The notes under the pieces: generated by a model
Told to the model about the DNA's origin: nothing
Seen by the model: only the letters and a program-made list of their open reading frames with translations
Database searches by the model: none
Translations under genes and position numbers: made by a program
Origin: a virus
Lineage: Duplodnaviria; Caudoviricetes
Virus record (IMG/VR): IMGVR_UViG_3300028186_000155
DNA: 64,000 bases
Strand: one strand, 5' to 3'
Shown here: positions 27,983-35,867 of the stretch, in pieces
Layout: each line of letters opens with the position of its first letter
Numbering within the stretch: the stretch's first letter is position 1

Positions 27983-28264
27983 TCAATTCTTTTTCAGGAT
28001 TTCTTCGATTTCGCCGCCCCACAAACCAATGTCGGGGATGCGTTGGCTATCGTGCGGCCAGCCTTCGCGCTGCGGCCCGTATTCTGTATCAGGGTCCATT
28101 TCTGCGCAGATCGTCGGCGGGCAATTTGCCCAGTACAGGATGCAAGTCACGGTGCCTTGGCCGGTCGATCCGTCGCGGCTTTTAATTCGGATGCGCGTGC
28201 CGGGCACAATATCTTGATCGCACCAGTTGAACGAAGGCAATTTGTTAGGGCGGTTATTGCTCAT
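27983..28264 (-). CDS. hypothetical protein
   Basis: AGGA RBS. Confidence 0.7.
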   Translation of the reverse strand: MSNNRPNKLPSFNWCDQDIVPGTRIRIKSRDGSTGQGTVTCILYWANCPPTICAEMDPDTEYGPQREGWPHDSQRIPDIGLWGGEIEEILKKN

Positions 28265-28293
28265 GCTGCAATTCCTTTGTCTGGTTTACTACT

Positions 28294-28320
28294 GACAAAG
28301 CCCGCACAGGGCGGGCTAAG
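28294..28320 (-). terminator. repeated terminator-like hairpin T2
   Basis: 27-mer identical to T1. Confidence 0.75.
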
Positions 28321-28329
28321 TTTTCGGGT

Positions 28330-28497
28330 TTAGACTTCTGATCCGTCTTCGGCTTCGCGTGGGGTCACGGATTTAATCGGCCCCATATGAGAAAACGAAC
28401 GTTGGATAAATTCGCGCACGTCCTGTTGATCGGTGCCGTACTCTTCCATTACTTCACCGCTTTCGAAAACCACGTCCCACAAAATCGACTGGCTCAT
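28330..28497 (-). CDS. 55-aa acidic protein (MSQSILWDVVFESGEVMEEYG...)
   Basis: hand-translated; AGGAGG RBS; fills a gap in the ORF track. Confidence 0.7.
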   Translation of the reverse strand: MSQSILWDVVFESGEVMEEYGTDQQDVREFIQRSFSHMGPIKSVTPREAEDGSEV

Positions 28498-29078
28498 TAG
28501 TTGGCCTCCTTATCAGCCGGGAATTCGTCTGCGCTGTCCGTGTCGTCTAGCAATTCGTCCTCGGCGCTTTCTGCGCTGGCCTCTGTGACGTTTTCAGGGC
28601 CTACCGCGATGTATGTAAGGGCCTCGGTGATCGAACGCGTAACGGCCTTGTCGCCGCCTACGTGATACGGCGTCAGGCTCGCCACGTTATCCAGATACGC
28701 CACCTCTTCGTAACCTGCCCAACCAGAATGGCGCCCGTCACTGCAAACCACGCGGTGACGGAAACCGGAGTCGTTCCAGTTTTGTGAGCCTTCTTTGGTT
28801 TCCACGTCGTAACGAATATCGTCAGACTCTTCGTCAGGGGCCAGACTGCGCTCGACCGCAATGGCTTCAGCAGCAGGGGCCAGAGCCACAATTTCATCCA
28901 CCGACAATTCCCAAAAAGATTTGGCAGTCAGTTCACGGAGGAAAACACGCTCGCCAACGTGGCGGAAGCAATAGCCGCGCCCGATAGGGGTGAATTGCAT
29001 TCCTTTGTAGTGCTCGGTTTTTTGCAGCGCTTCGCTAACTGCGTTGAGTTTGGTGTGGCGGTCTGCTTGAGTGCTCAT
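28497..29078 (-). CDS. hypothetical protein with acidic tail
   Basis: GAGGA RBS. Confidence 0.8.
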   Translation of the reverse strand: MSTQADRHTKLNAVSEALQKTEHYKGMQFTPIGRGYCFRHVGERVFLRELTAKSFWELSVDEIVALAPAAEAIAVERSLAPDEESDDIRYDVETKEGSQNWNDSGFRHRVVCSDGRHSGWAGYEEVAYLDNVASLTPYHVGGDKAVTRSITEALTYIAVGPENVTEASAESAEDELLDDTDSADEFPADKEAN

Positions 29079-29113
29079 GTGTTCCTCGGTTTTCCGTTGG
29101 TTGGTTTACTACC

Positions 29114-29139
29114 GACAAACCCCGCACTAGGCGGGGTTA
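29114..29139 (-). terminator. repeated terminator-like hairpin T3 (compensatory variant)
   Basis: AACCCCGC-CUAGU-GCGGGGUUUGUC. Confidence 0.7.
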
Positions 29140-29143
29140 TTTG

Positions 29144-29341
29144 TCATTCTGGAATGCGTTTCCATTCACGATAAAATTCGGCTTCGGGAATCACTATGCG
29201 CTGACCGCTACGCACGTAATAAATGGCATCACCACACGCACCAACGCGCTGGCCTTTGTGGATGTTCACCTGCTGGCTAGTGGCGCTGCATTCGTAGCGC
29301 CCCAGCTTGCGTATACGGGTCAGTTTCATTTTGCCCCTCAC
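29144..29341 (-). CDS. hypothetical protein
   Basis: coupled small ORF. Confidence 0.7.
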   Translation of the reverse strand: MRGKMKLTRIRKLGRYECSATSQQVNIHKGQRVGACGDAIYYVRSGQRIVIPEAEFYREWKRIPE

Positions 29342-29538
29342 TCAAAATTGATTGCTGATACGCCGTTTACGCCAACCTGATACCGGTACGCCGGGCGACC
29401 GCCACGCGTATCGTACACGGTGTAAACCTCGCCTTCCTTTTCGACCACCTTGTGTTGGAGGTTGCTAAACGGGGCGCTGCTACCGTCCGCGAAGTCGATG
29501 ATCATGAATTGCGCTTTGATGATTTCTGCTTGGGCCAT
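29338..29538 (-). CDS. hypothetical protein
   Basis: AGGAG RBS. Confidence 0.75.
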   Translation of the reverse strand: MAQAEIIKAQFMIIDFADGSSAPFSNLQHKVVEKEGEVYTVYDTRGGRPAYRYQVGVNGVSAINFE

Positions 29539-29550
29539 TTGTGATGCTCC

Positions 29551-29778
29551 TTATTTCGAACGGCGGTCAAAAAGTTTTTTGGCGGCTTCCAGCGTCAGGT
29601 CTTTTTCGACGTAGCGCCAAGTCGAGACGTATTTGCCACGTACATAGTTAGTGCACAGCTTCCAAACGCCAAACGGTGCGTCGGGGTTTGCCAGCGAACC
29701 GTTGTCGCATTGCAGCGAGTAGGTAACGCCCTTGCTGTTTGTTTTGCGGTACACGATTTGCGCGCTGTGCAGTGCCAT
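29551..29778 (-). CDS. hypothetical early protein
   Basis: directly after the P5 leader. Confidence 0.8.
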   Translation of the reverse strand: MALHSAQIVYRKTNSKGVTYSLQCDNGSLANPDAPFGVWKLCTNYVRGKYVSTWRYVEKDLTLEAAKKLFDRRSK

Positions 29779-29783
29779 GGCTC

Positions 29784-29871
29784 AAACTTCCCTAATTGCG
29801 TGAGTGTCTGTTTTGCGGGCAGCAGCTGCCCAACTGGCCCCAAAGGTATCAAAGCCCCCGCCAAAGGTCAA
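29784..29871 (-). promoter_or_regulatory. sigma70 promoter P5 with conserved leader
   Basis: TTGACC-17-TACCTT (TGn), hairpin, GACACTCACGCAATTAGGGAAGTTT. Confidence 0.8.
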
Positions 29872-29938
29872 CCATTGGCCGCGATGCCTTATCTACGCGG
29901 GCGTGTACACGCGTATAAGCAACGCAGGCGCCAGAAAC

Positions 29939-29965
29939 GACAAAGCCCGCACAGGGCGGGCTAAG
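29939..29965 (-). terminator. repeated terminator-like hairpin T4
   Basis: 27-mer identical to T1/T2. Confidence 0.75.
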
Positions 29966-29969
29966 GGAT

Positions 29970-30470
29970 TCAAAGGGCAACGACTTCTGTTATCACCGGG
30001 TGGCGGTTGTAGTGCTGGCTCACATGCTCAGCCAATTTGAAGTGGCGTCCATAAATGTCGAGGTGGCGTCCACGTTCAAATTTGACCTTGAACAGAGATT
30101 CATTGGCTAACGGCCCTTTTACAAACTTGAGGCCGTCCACAATTCTGACCCGTGCTTTTGCCTGCTCGACTTTCGCCCGGTAGAAATCAATGGTCGTATC
30201 GGCGTCCGTCACCGTTTGCAGCCCGGCAATAAATCCGGTGGTGTTGTGCATGAGGCGGCGCGCATTAATCGCCAGATCATAAATCGGCGTGTGCTCGAAT
30301 TCGCGCAGGGCCTTCAAAGCGGCATCCTGCAAAAACTCGGAATCGGCAACAGGCTTGCGATTTTCGATTGCCTGTAGAACCTGCGTCGGGATGCACAGCA
30401 GGTGTGCCAAATCCGATTGCTTGATGCGCAGGCGCTGGCGCCATTGCTGAATTTTTCGTCCGTCGTGCAT
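29970..30470 (-). CDS. XRE/Cro-like HTH protein
   Basis: IQQWRQRLRIKQSDLAHLLCIPTQVLQAIEN. Confidence 0.75.
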   Translation of the reverse strand: MHDGRKIQQWRQRLRIKQSDLAHLLCIPTQVLQAIENRKPVADSEFLQDAALKALREFEHTPIYDLAINARRLMHNTTGFIAGLQTVTDADTTIDFYRAKVEQAKARVRIVDGLKFVKGPLANESLFKVKFERGRHLDIYGRHFKLAEHVSQHYNRHPVITEVVAL

Positions 30471-30498
30471 TTTTCTTGTTCCGTGTGGCCTAGACGTG

Positions 30499-30525
30499 AA
30501 AAAGCCCCAGCTAGGCCGGGGCTTC
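30499..30525 (-). terminator. intrinsic terminator
   Basis: AAGCCCCGG-CCUAG-CUGGGGCUUUUU. Confidence 0.75.
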
Positions 30526-30535
30526 TGTCAGTGGG

Positions 30536-30982
30536 TTACTCGGCTTTTGGCATACGGTGCAGATTCGCAACGCGTACCGCTTCTTTCGCTTCGTCTGCGG
30601 TCATACCCTCGGGCAATTGCAGCTTAACGATTTGTGGGCGGCGTTCGTTGGTTACAGGTGCACCCTCAATCAGGAAATTGTGATAAACGTCGTCATCTTC
30701 CCAAAAGTTGCCCTTCTGCCCCAATTTGACCAACACATAAATGTTGTCGCCGTACTCGCCAATCATCCAGTTGCCGAACTTGCGGTAGTACGGCTGGCCA
30801 TTCGGAATGTCGCAAACCTGCTCAGGGAACGCAGAACGACGCATGCGCGACAGCTTCAGCGATTTGAACAATTGGTTAATGTTGAAAACCGCACGTTCTT
30901 TGCCAGCAGCAATGGTTGCCTGCGTGATGGCGAAAACGGCTTCTTCGATTTTGTTCAGGTCTGCTTGATCGTGAGTGGACAT
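30536..30982 (-). CDS. hypothetical protein
   Basis: GGAG RBS. Confidence 0.8.
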   Translation of the reverse strand: MSTHDQADLNKIEEAVFAITQATIAAGKERAVFNINQLFKSLKLSRMRRSAFPEQVCDIPNGQPYYRKFGNWMIGEYGDNIYVLVKLGQKGNFWEDDDVYHNFLIEGAPVTNERRPQIVKLQLPEGMTADEAKEAVRVANLHRMPKAE

Positions 30983-31078
30983 TTTGATTCTCCACTAGCC
31001 TTTAGGATTCACCGGGCGTTAGCGGGCTAGTATCACCGACGCCTAGTGTCTTGCTCTGTAGTGTTTACAGTTTTTCCG

Positions 31079-31282
31079 TCACTGCTTGACGTAGACCGTA
31101 ATGTCGTCGTCTTGCATAACGTATTCGTCACGAACTTGGCGAATGTAATCCGCATCATTGTCCGTTTCGATAATGATTTCCTCGGCACCGCCATTGGGCA
31201 GCTTGCGTAGCACAGCGGCGCTGATGCCATTCAAAACGGCAGGTGCCAATTGCACCAAACCGCGCAGGATTTCATTGCTCAT
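31079..31282 (-). CDS. small hypothetical early protein
   Basis: MSNEILRG directly after the P6 leader. Confidence 0.75.
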   Translation of the reverse strand: MSNEILRGLVQLAPAVLNGISAAVLRKLPNGGAEEIIIETDNDADYIRQVRDEYVMQDDDITVYVKQ

Positions 31283-31369
31283 AAACTTCCTAAATTTCGT
31301 GAGTGTCGGGGCTGCGGCCACACTGCGCCACAAGCCCCGGAGTATACCGCTTTAAGCCGCTTCGGTCAA
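31283..31369 (-). promoter_or_regulatory. sigma70 promoter P6 with conserved leader
   Basis: TTGACC-17-TATACT, long hairpin, ACACTCACGAAATTTAGGAAGTTT. Confidence 0.85.
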
Positions 31370-31761
31370 ACCACCGGGCGCTCCCGCAACATGCGCCGTA
31401 GAGCGGCCCCGTAGCGGCGGGATACCGGGAACGTCTGGCCCCCGGTCAGGTGGGCGGTGAACAGGCCAGATGCAGGCAGACGGCGCACCTCGATCAGGTC
31501 GCTAAGACGGACGATGGTCGAACGGTGAATCTGCACGAATTCATCCGCGTATTCAGGTTTGGCGTGCAGAGCCATCAACGATTCATCCAGAATTGGCTGG
31601 CGGTCGGGTTCCCCGCGCAAATGCGCAATCACGTATTTTTGCGAAGCCTGAAACGCGATGATATCCGCATCATCGTATTCGATAACGGTCATGCCTATTT
31701 TGAAAACGTGTTGCTTTTTCACAGGCACCACATCAAACGGTACGTCGTCTTGCAGCTGCAT
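31366..31761 (-). CDS. stand-alone LytTR DNA-binding domain protein (AlgR C-terminal-like)
   Basis: IIAFQASQKYV..ILDESL..FVQIHRSTIV..FPVSRRY; no receiver domain. Confidence 0.88.
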   Translation of the reverse strand: MQLQDDVPFDVVPVKKQHVFKIGMTVIEYDDADIIAFQASQKYVIAHLRGEPDRQPILDESLMALHAKPEYADEFVQIHRSTIVRLSDLIEVRRLPASGLFTAHLTGGQTFPVSRRYGAALRRMLRERPVV

Positions 31762-31771
31762 GGTCAGTCCT

Positions 31772-32377
31772 TTAGGTTTTCAACAGCGCCAGCAAATCTT
31801 TGAGTTCGTTGGCAGCACGATCCGCCACGCCCTTTTGAACTGCCTTGCTGCTGGATTTGAAGTAAACGCCGACCGAACTGGCGCGATAATTCTGCACCTT
31901 TTCGATGAATTCACGGTCGGTGCCTTTGAAGTTTGGCCCCAGCGCCTTGATGATGAAACTGGTGTTAGGGCCGTATTGAACGGACACGCTGAATACGCAT
32001 TCGCGCACCGCGACATGGCGATCATCCACAAAGATATAGTTGGCTGCGAGTTTTGCTGCCTGCGGGTCGTAGTGGGTTTGGCCAATGTACATGAATTGCG
32101 CTGTTTCGAATTCTTCCGGCGATTCGTCTGCAATCTGTTTGTAAATTGCAGAAAATTCTTTGGTGCCCGGAACGGTTTGACCAAAGCGTGCCGCGTAGGG
32201 TTTGCCGAAACTGGATTTCAGGAAGGCGGCCATGGTGCCGGTGTTCGATGCCAGTTGGTGCTTGCCATAGCTCACACCGCCCTTGTCACCTTTGCCGGTG
32301 CTCACGGTTTTTACACCGAGGCCACCAGATTCGTATTTACCGGAAATCGAACCGGTAATTTCACGACGTACAGACAT
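31772..32377 (-). CDS. lysozyme-fold peptidoglycan hydrolase (VgrG3-C-like), candidate endolysin
   Basis: ISGKYESGG.G..TVSTGKGDKGGVSYGKHQL..SVQYGP; same domain as in 52139..55723. Confidence 0.8.
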   Translation of the reverse strand: MSVRREITGSISGKYESGGLGVKTVSTGKGDKGGVSYGKHQLASNTGTMAAFLKSSFGKPYAARFGQTVPGTKEFSAIYKQIADESPEEFETAQFMYIGQTHYDPQAAKLAANYIFVDDRHVAVRECVFSVSVQYGPNTSFIIKALGPNFKGTDREFIEKVQNYRASSVGVYFKSSSKAVQKGVADRAANELKDLLALLKT

Positions 32378-32424
32378 AGCATATTCCTCTTTTTGAATGC
32401 TATGTCTAAATTACTGCTTTCCTG

Positions 32425-32811
32425 TTATTTCAGCCCGGCTTTTGCGCAAGCTTCGCGCCACGCTGCCCGACGTTTTTCATCACGCCGCAATTGGTTCATG
32501 ATTCGCACCTGCCTCAGCAGTTTTGTGCGTCGTTTGGATCGTGGCTGCGCGGCGTCTGATTTGCGTTTTAACCACCAACGCCCACGACCTTCAATCAAGG
32601 TTCGCACATAGCCGGGTTGGTTGGCTGCCCAGTGGATGTTTAGGGCGATTGCGGCCCCTAGTTTTTGCCATGGATCATAGGCCAAACTTTCCTGTTGCTC
32701 AGGATGCGATTCCGCCGGGGTAAATTCCATCAACTTTTTGATTTCGTCAATCAGTTTGGTTCGGTTGCTGTGGGTATTAAGGGCATCCATATCAGTTCCT
32801 TCGGCAGCCAC
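32425..32811 (-). CDS. hypothetical basic protein
   Basis: start uncertain. Confidence 0.6.
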   Translation of the reverse strand: MAAEGTDMDALNTHSNRTKLIDEIKKLMEFTPAESHPEQQESLAYDPWQKLGAAIALNIHWAANQPGYVRTLIEGRGRWWLKRKSDAAQPRSKRRTKLLRQVRIMNQLRRDEKRRAAWREACAKAGLK

Positions 32812-33464
32812 TGCAAAGAATCCATCACCAGCTTACCATCGGCAGAAGAATGCATTTCTACCTGATGCTCGATGAAATTGAAGGTTTGATAGCCTGCGCA
32901 CTCACGTTCTGGATACTTGACCGAGTGGTACACGTTCACCCAACCATCTTCAGAAACTTCGCCATGACGCAAACTGTAGGTCACAGTGCGTGGCATTAAG
33001 CGGCTCAAAATATCCAGCAGACGCCCAACACGCTCCGTCGTCTGTTTTTGGATATTGAAAATGTGCTGCTTTTCGAATTCCTCATACCACGGTTCAGAAT
33101 TCAGCAGTTCGTAAGTCGCTTTGCTCAGATAGCTTTCACAGAGCAAACCAAAAATATCGACCTGATCATTCCATTCCCAGTTGGTCGGTTTGCGCTCGGC
33201 GTCGATCAGGCCCGGATACTTTTGCGCGTCTGCATCGGTGGCACGGCCAATGCCACCCAGCGGCTCCAAACAATCCATCAATTCTTTATGGTAAATGCCG
33301 GTACGCATGCCACGAAAACGATTACGCAACACCGATTGCACATAGCGCAGGGTCAGCGCCTCGGCCCTGTCTTTGTTGAGTGGTAGGGCATTCAGCGCCA
33401 GCACAATTCCGGGGCTGGAAAGTCGCGACGAATACAGCTGGCCATTAACGAGAAATTGCATCAA
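32751..33464 (-). CDS. hypothetical protein
   Basis: 237-aa ORF. Confidence 0.75.
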   Translation of the reverse strand: MMQFLVNGQLYSSRLSSPGIVLALNALPLNKDRAEALTLRYVQSVLRNRFRGMRTGIYHKELMDCLEPLGGIGRATDADAQKYPGLIDAERKPTNWEWNDQVDIFGLLCESYLSKATYELLNSEPWYEEFEKQHIFNIQKQTTERVGRLLDILSRLMPRTVTYSLRHGEVSEDGWVNVYHSVKYPERECAGYQTFNFIEHQVEMHSSADGKLVMDSLQWLPKELIWMPLIPTATEPN

Positions 33465-34005
33465 TCGATTCCTTCGTCATCAGCGGGAGTGGAACCGGCA
33501 AACCTTCCACGATTTGCCAAACTGCACCGTGGTTACAGGCGGCACATACGTGATCGAAACGGCGCTGATCTTGGTACAGGTTCATTTTCAATTGCTGTTC
33601 CGGGTAATCCGACAGGAATTTTCCACATTTCGGATTCGGACATTGCAGGTCGAGTGCACTGCGTGAAAAACCATCACGGCCCGTGTCACCTTTGGCACCG
33701 CGTGGACCCTGCGGGCCGGGCATGCCTGCGTAACCTTGCGGCCCTACTGGTCCCTGAAATACTTTGAACAAACGGGAACCCAACGGCAACCAATTTACGC
33801 AACCGATAAAATCACGTTTGTTGCCGACAGCACGGCGGGCACAGGCTTCTGCAACTTCGGACGGAGTGAGTTCGGTGTCGTAGCAGTCGAGATTTTCCGA
33901 TTCCTGATCGAATTGTTCGTCAGAAATGTTGTACCAGAACGGGCTCAACATGTGCCGCACTTGTGGGATGTAGCAGCCGTCTTTATAGAGCACACGACTT
34001 TTCAT
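33445..34005 (-). CDS. protein with short collagen-like (G-X-Y) repeat and C-terminal Zn ribbon
   Basis: GPVGPQGYAGMPGPQGPRGAKGDTGRDG; CPNPKC..CAAC. Confidence 0.75.
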   Translation of the reverse strand: MKSRVLYKDGCYIPQVRHMLSPFWYNISDEQFDQESENLDCYDTELTPSEVAEACARRAVGNKRDFIGCVNWLPLGSRLFKVFQGPVGPQGYAGMPGPQGPRGAKGDTGRDGFSRSALDLQCPNPKCGKFLSDYPEQQLKMNLYQDQRRFDHVCAACNHGAVWQIVEGLPVPLPLMTKESIDAISR

Positions 34006-34207
34006 ATCGACCCCTCGAAAAACAATGTGAAATTGCGCCCGCGTGGAAAGATTTTTGCGCTGATTTTCTTGCTGGCTTTCCAGTAGGCTTTACGCTTGTC
34101 ATCTGCCACTTTGCCCGTGGCCAGAATGTTGCCCATGCAGCGCATCATTCGGCTAATTTCTGCATCACGTTGCTGGCGGTAAGCTTCCGCCAAATCATAA
34201 GATCGAG

Positions 34208-34417
34208 TCACAGGCGGCCCCACGTTTGATAATCGGCTTCGGTCATACGCTGGTCGGCGCGTGCGTCTTCCACTTCTTTTTTGTGCAGGTCTTCACGATG
34301 TTTTTCACAGGCCCACGAACCACCGTGTGCACGTTCGCGCCAGATGGCTTGCACTTTTTCGCCCGCTTTCTTACACCACGTGCAGCCGTGTTTTTGGTTT
34401 TCTTTCAAGCGTTTCAT
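34208..34417 (-). CDS. small Zn-finger-like protein
   Basis: CTWC..ACEKH. Confidence 0.7.
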   Translation of the reverse strand: MKRLKENQKHGCTWCKKAGEKVQAIWRERAHGGSWACEKHREDLHKKEVEDARADQRMTEADYQTWGRL

Positions 34418-34719
34418 TGGCGGTGTTGCTCCGCCAGATAATTGGTCACATCGTAAATGTGCCAGATCAGTTGGCCGCTTTCGGTGCTCACGGTGCCGAT
34501 GAAACGGCCAGTATGTGGTTCGTCCATCGTATGGCCCGTGCCATAGATACGCAGCTGGCGTTTGAGGGCTGGCGCGTCTTTTTCCATTTCCGCATACAGC
34601 ACGACGTTTTCATTGCCGAAAATATCGGGCTGCATGATCACTGACAGGATGTTGGCAGGTGCCGGGATTTCCAGTTCTTGCCAGTCACTGACCATAACGT
34701 GAAATTTACCGATGATCAT
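34414..34719 (-). CDS. hypothetical phage protein
   Basis: ILSV..Q..LYA..GTGH..FIGTV..LIWHIY; start MIIGKF. Confidence 0.75.
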   Translation of the reverse strand: MIIGKFHVMVSDWQELEIPAPANILSVIMQPDIFGNENVVLYAEMEKDAPALKRQLRIYGTGHTMDEPHTGRFIGTVSTESGQLIWHIYDVTNYLAEQHRQ

Positions 34720-34721
34720 TT

Positions 34722-35165
34722 TCAGAATCCTTTGAGATTTATGATGGAATTGTGTGGGCGAATCGGGATGCCAAAGTCTCTCATATCGACAAATCCGCGC
34801 TGCGTGTCTGCCGAGGGCATCCACCAGTTATAGCCGGGATCAGCACGCATGCCCATAGAAACATTAGGCAATTGTGGTTCTTTTAGCGCAGATTCCAGCG
34901 AACCCAACTGGCGGCGAATTTCATTGGCCATTGCGGGGTGCATGATCAGCTTATCACCCATGCGGATCACGGTGCGCGAAGGTTTCGTGGTGGTCGTGAT
35001 GTTGAAACGCTTTTCAGGCTTATGGCGTTTTCGGTGTGCCCACTTGCGTTCGCGCAGATGGTGCACCAATTCTACTTGCGTCGAGTCTTCGACAACCTGC
35101 AACCCATTAAAACCAATCAGACCAGCTAAATTTCGGGACGTATCTTCGGAGTGGCCCAGCGACAT
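34722..35165 (-). CDS. hypothetical protein
   Basis: GAGGTG RBS. Confidence 0.7.
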   Translation of the reverse strand: MSLGHSEDTSRNLAGLIGFNGLQVVEDSTQVELVHHLRERKWAHRKRHKPEKRFNITTTTKPSRTVIRMGDKLIMHPAMANEIRRQLGSLESALKEPQLPNVSMGMRADPGYNWWMPSADTQRGFVDMRDFGIPIRPHNSIINLKGF

Positions 35166-35541
35166 TGTTCACCTCGGTAAATAATCCAACTAGGCGCCGA
35201 CGTGCTTTTTTCTCACCCTCTTCAGGAAGAATCCGGGCATAAGCATGATTACGCAGGCGGTGCCAGTTGTTCAGATAGTGGCGGCGCACGAAGGTTTGGC
35301 GCAGCAGCGAAAGCGTGCAGCTAACGTTCTGCATCTGATGCCCGGCCAACAAAAGTTCGTCCAGATAACGCAGGTCTTCATGGCGACAACGCATCATGGT
35401 GAAATCGAAAGTAATGTCGCAAAGTTCACGGCAATATTCGCGATGGCTTTCGGTGTTTGCAATTTCCAGCAACTGGCTGGCTGTAAGCAGAAAGGTCGGT
35501 TCCTGCAAACGTCCGGGGTGCCGGTGCATAAAAATCAACAT
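35107..35541 (-). CDS. hypothetical protein
   Basis: coupled ORF. Confidence 0.65.
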   Translation of the reverse strand: MLIFMHRHPGRLQEPTFLLTASQLLEIANTESHREYCRELCDITFDFTMMRCRHEDLRYLDELLLAGHQMQNVSCTLSLLRQTFVRRHYLNNWHRLRNHAYARILPEEGEKKARRRLVGLFTEVNNVAGPLRRYVPKFSWSDWF

Positions 35542-35822
35542 GAGTTAACCTTCCGAATAATGTTGGACAGCTGGCCTAGCGACAGAAAACCTAGCTGTTC
35601 CTTGGTTTCAATTCCAAACGGTTCACGGTCGCGCAGCTTGTAGCGGTCCTGTTCGGTTCGCCACATGTTGCACAGCCTTTTCGATTCCTTGATCGGATCG
35701 GCTACGTCTGAAACTTCGCGAGGTACGAGGCCAGCAAAGCGCCAGCCATGGCGGGGGCCGATATAAACCCAGTGCTCGATAAAGGCGACAACAGAGACGC
35801 CTTGCTGTTTGAAAGTTTTCAT
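35535..35822 (-). CDS. hypothetical protein
   Basis: GAGGGA RBS. Confidence 0.7.
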   Translation of the reverse strand: MKTFKQQGVSVVAFIEHWVYIGPRHGWRFAGLVPREVSDVADPIKESKRLCNMWRTEQDRYKLRDREPFGIETKEQLGFLSLGQLSNIIRKVNSC

Positions 35823-35867
35823 GATTCCCTCACAAAAACGAAAGGGCCTTCCTTGGCCCCAATCGTC

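Noticed and set aside
27084-29965. 27-bp repeats as a CRISPR array
   Set aside because: Separated by 0.8-1.2 kb of genes and shaped like terminators; no cas genes
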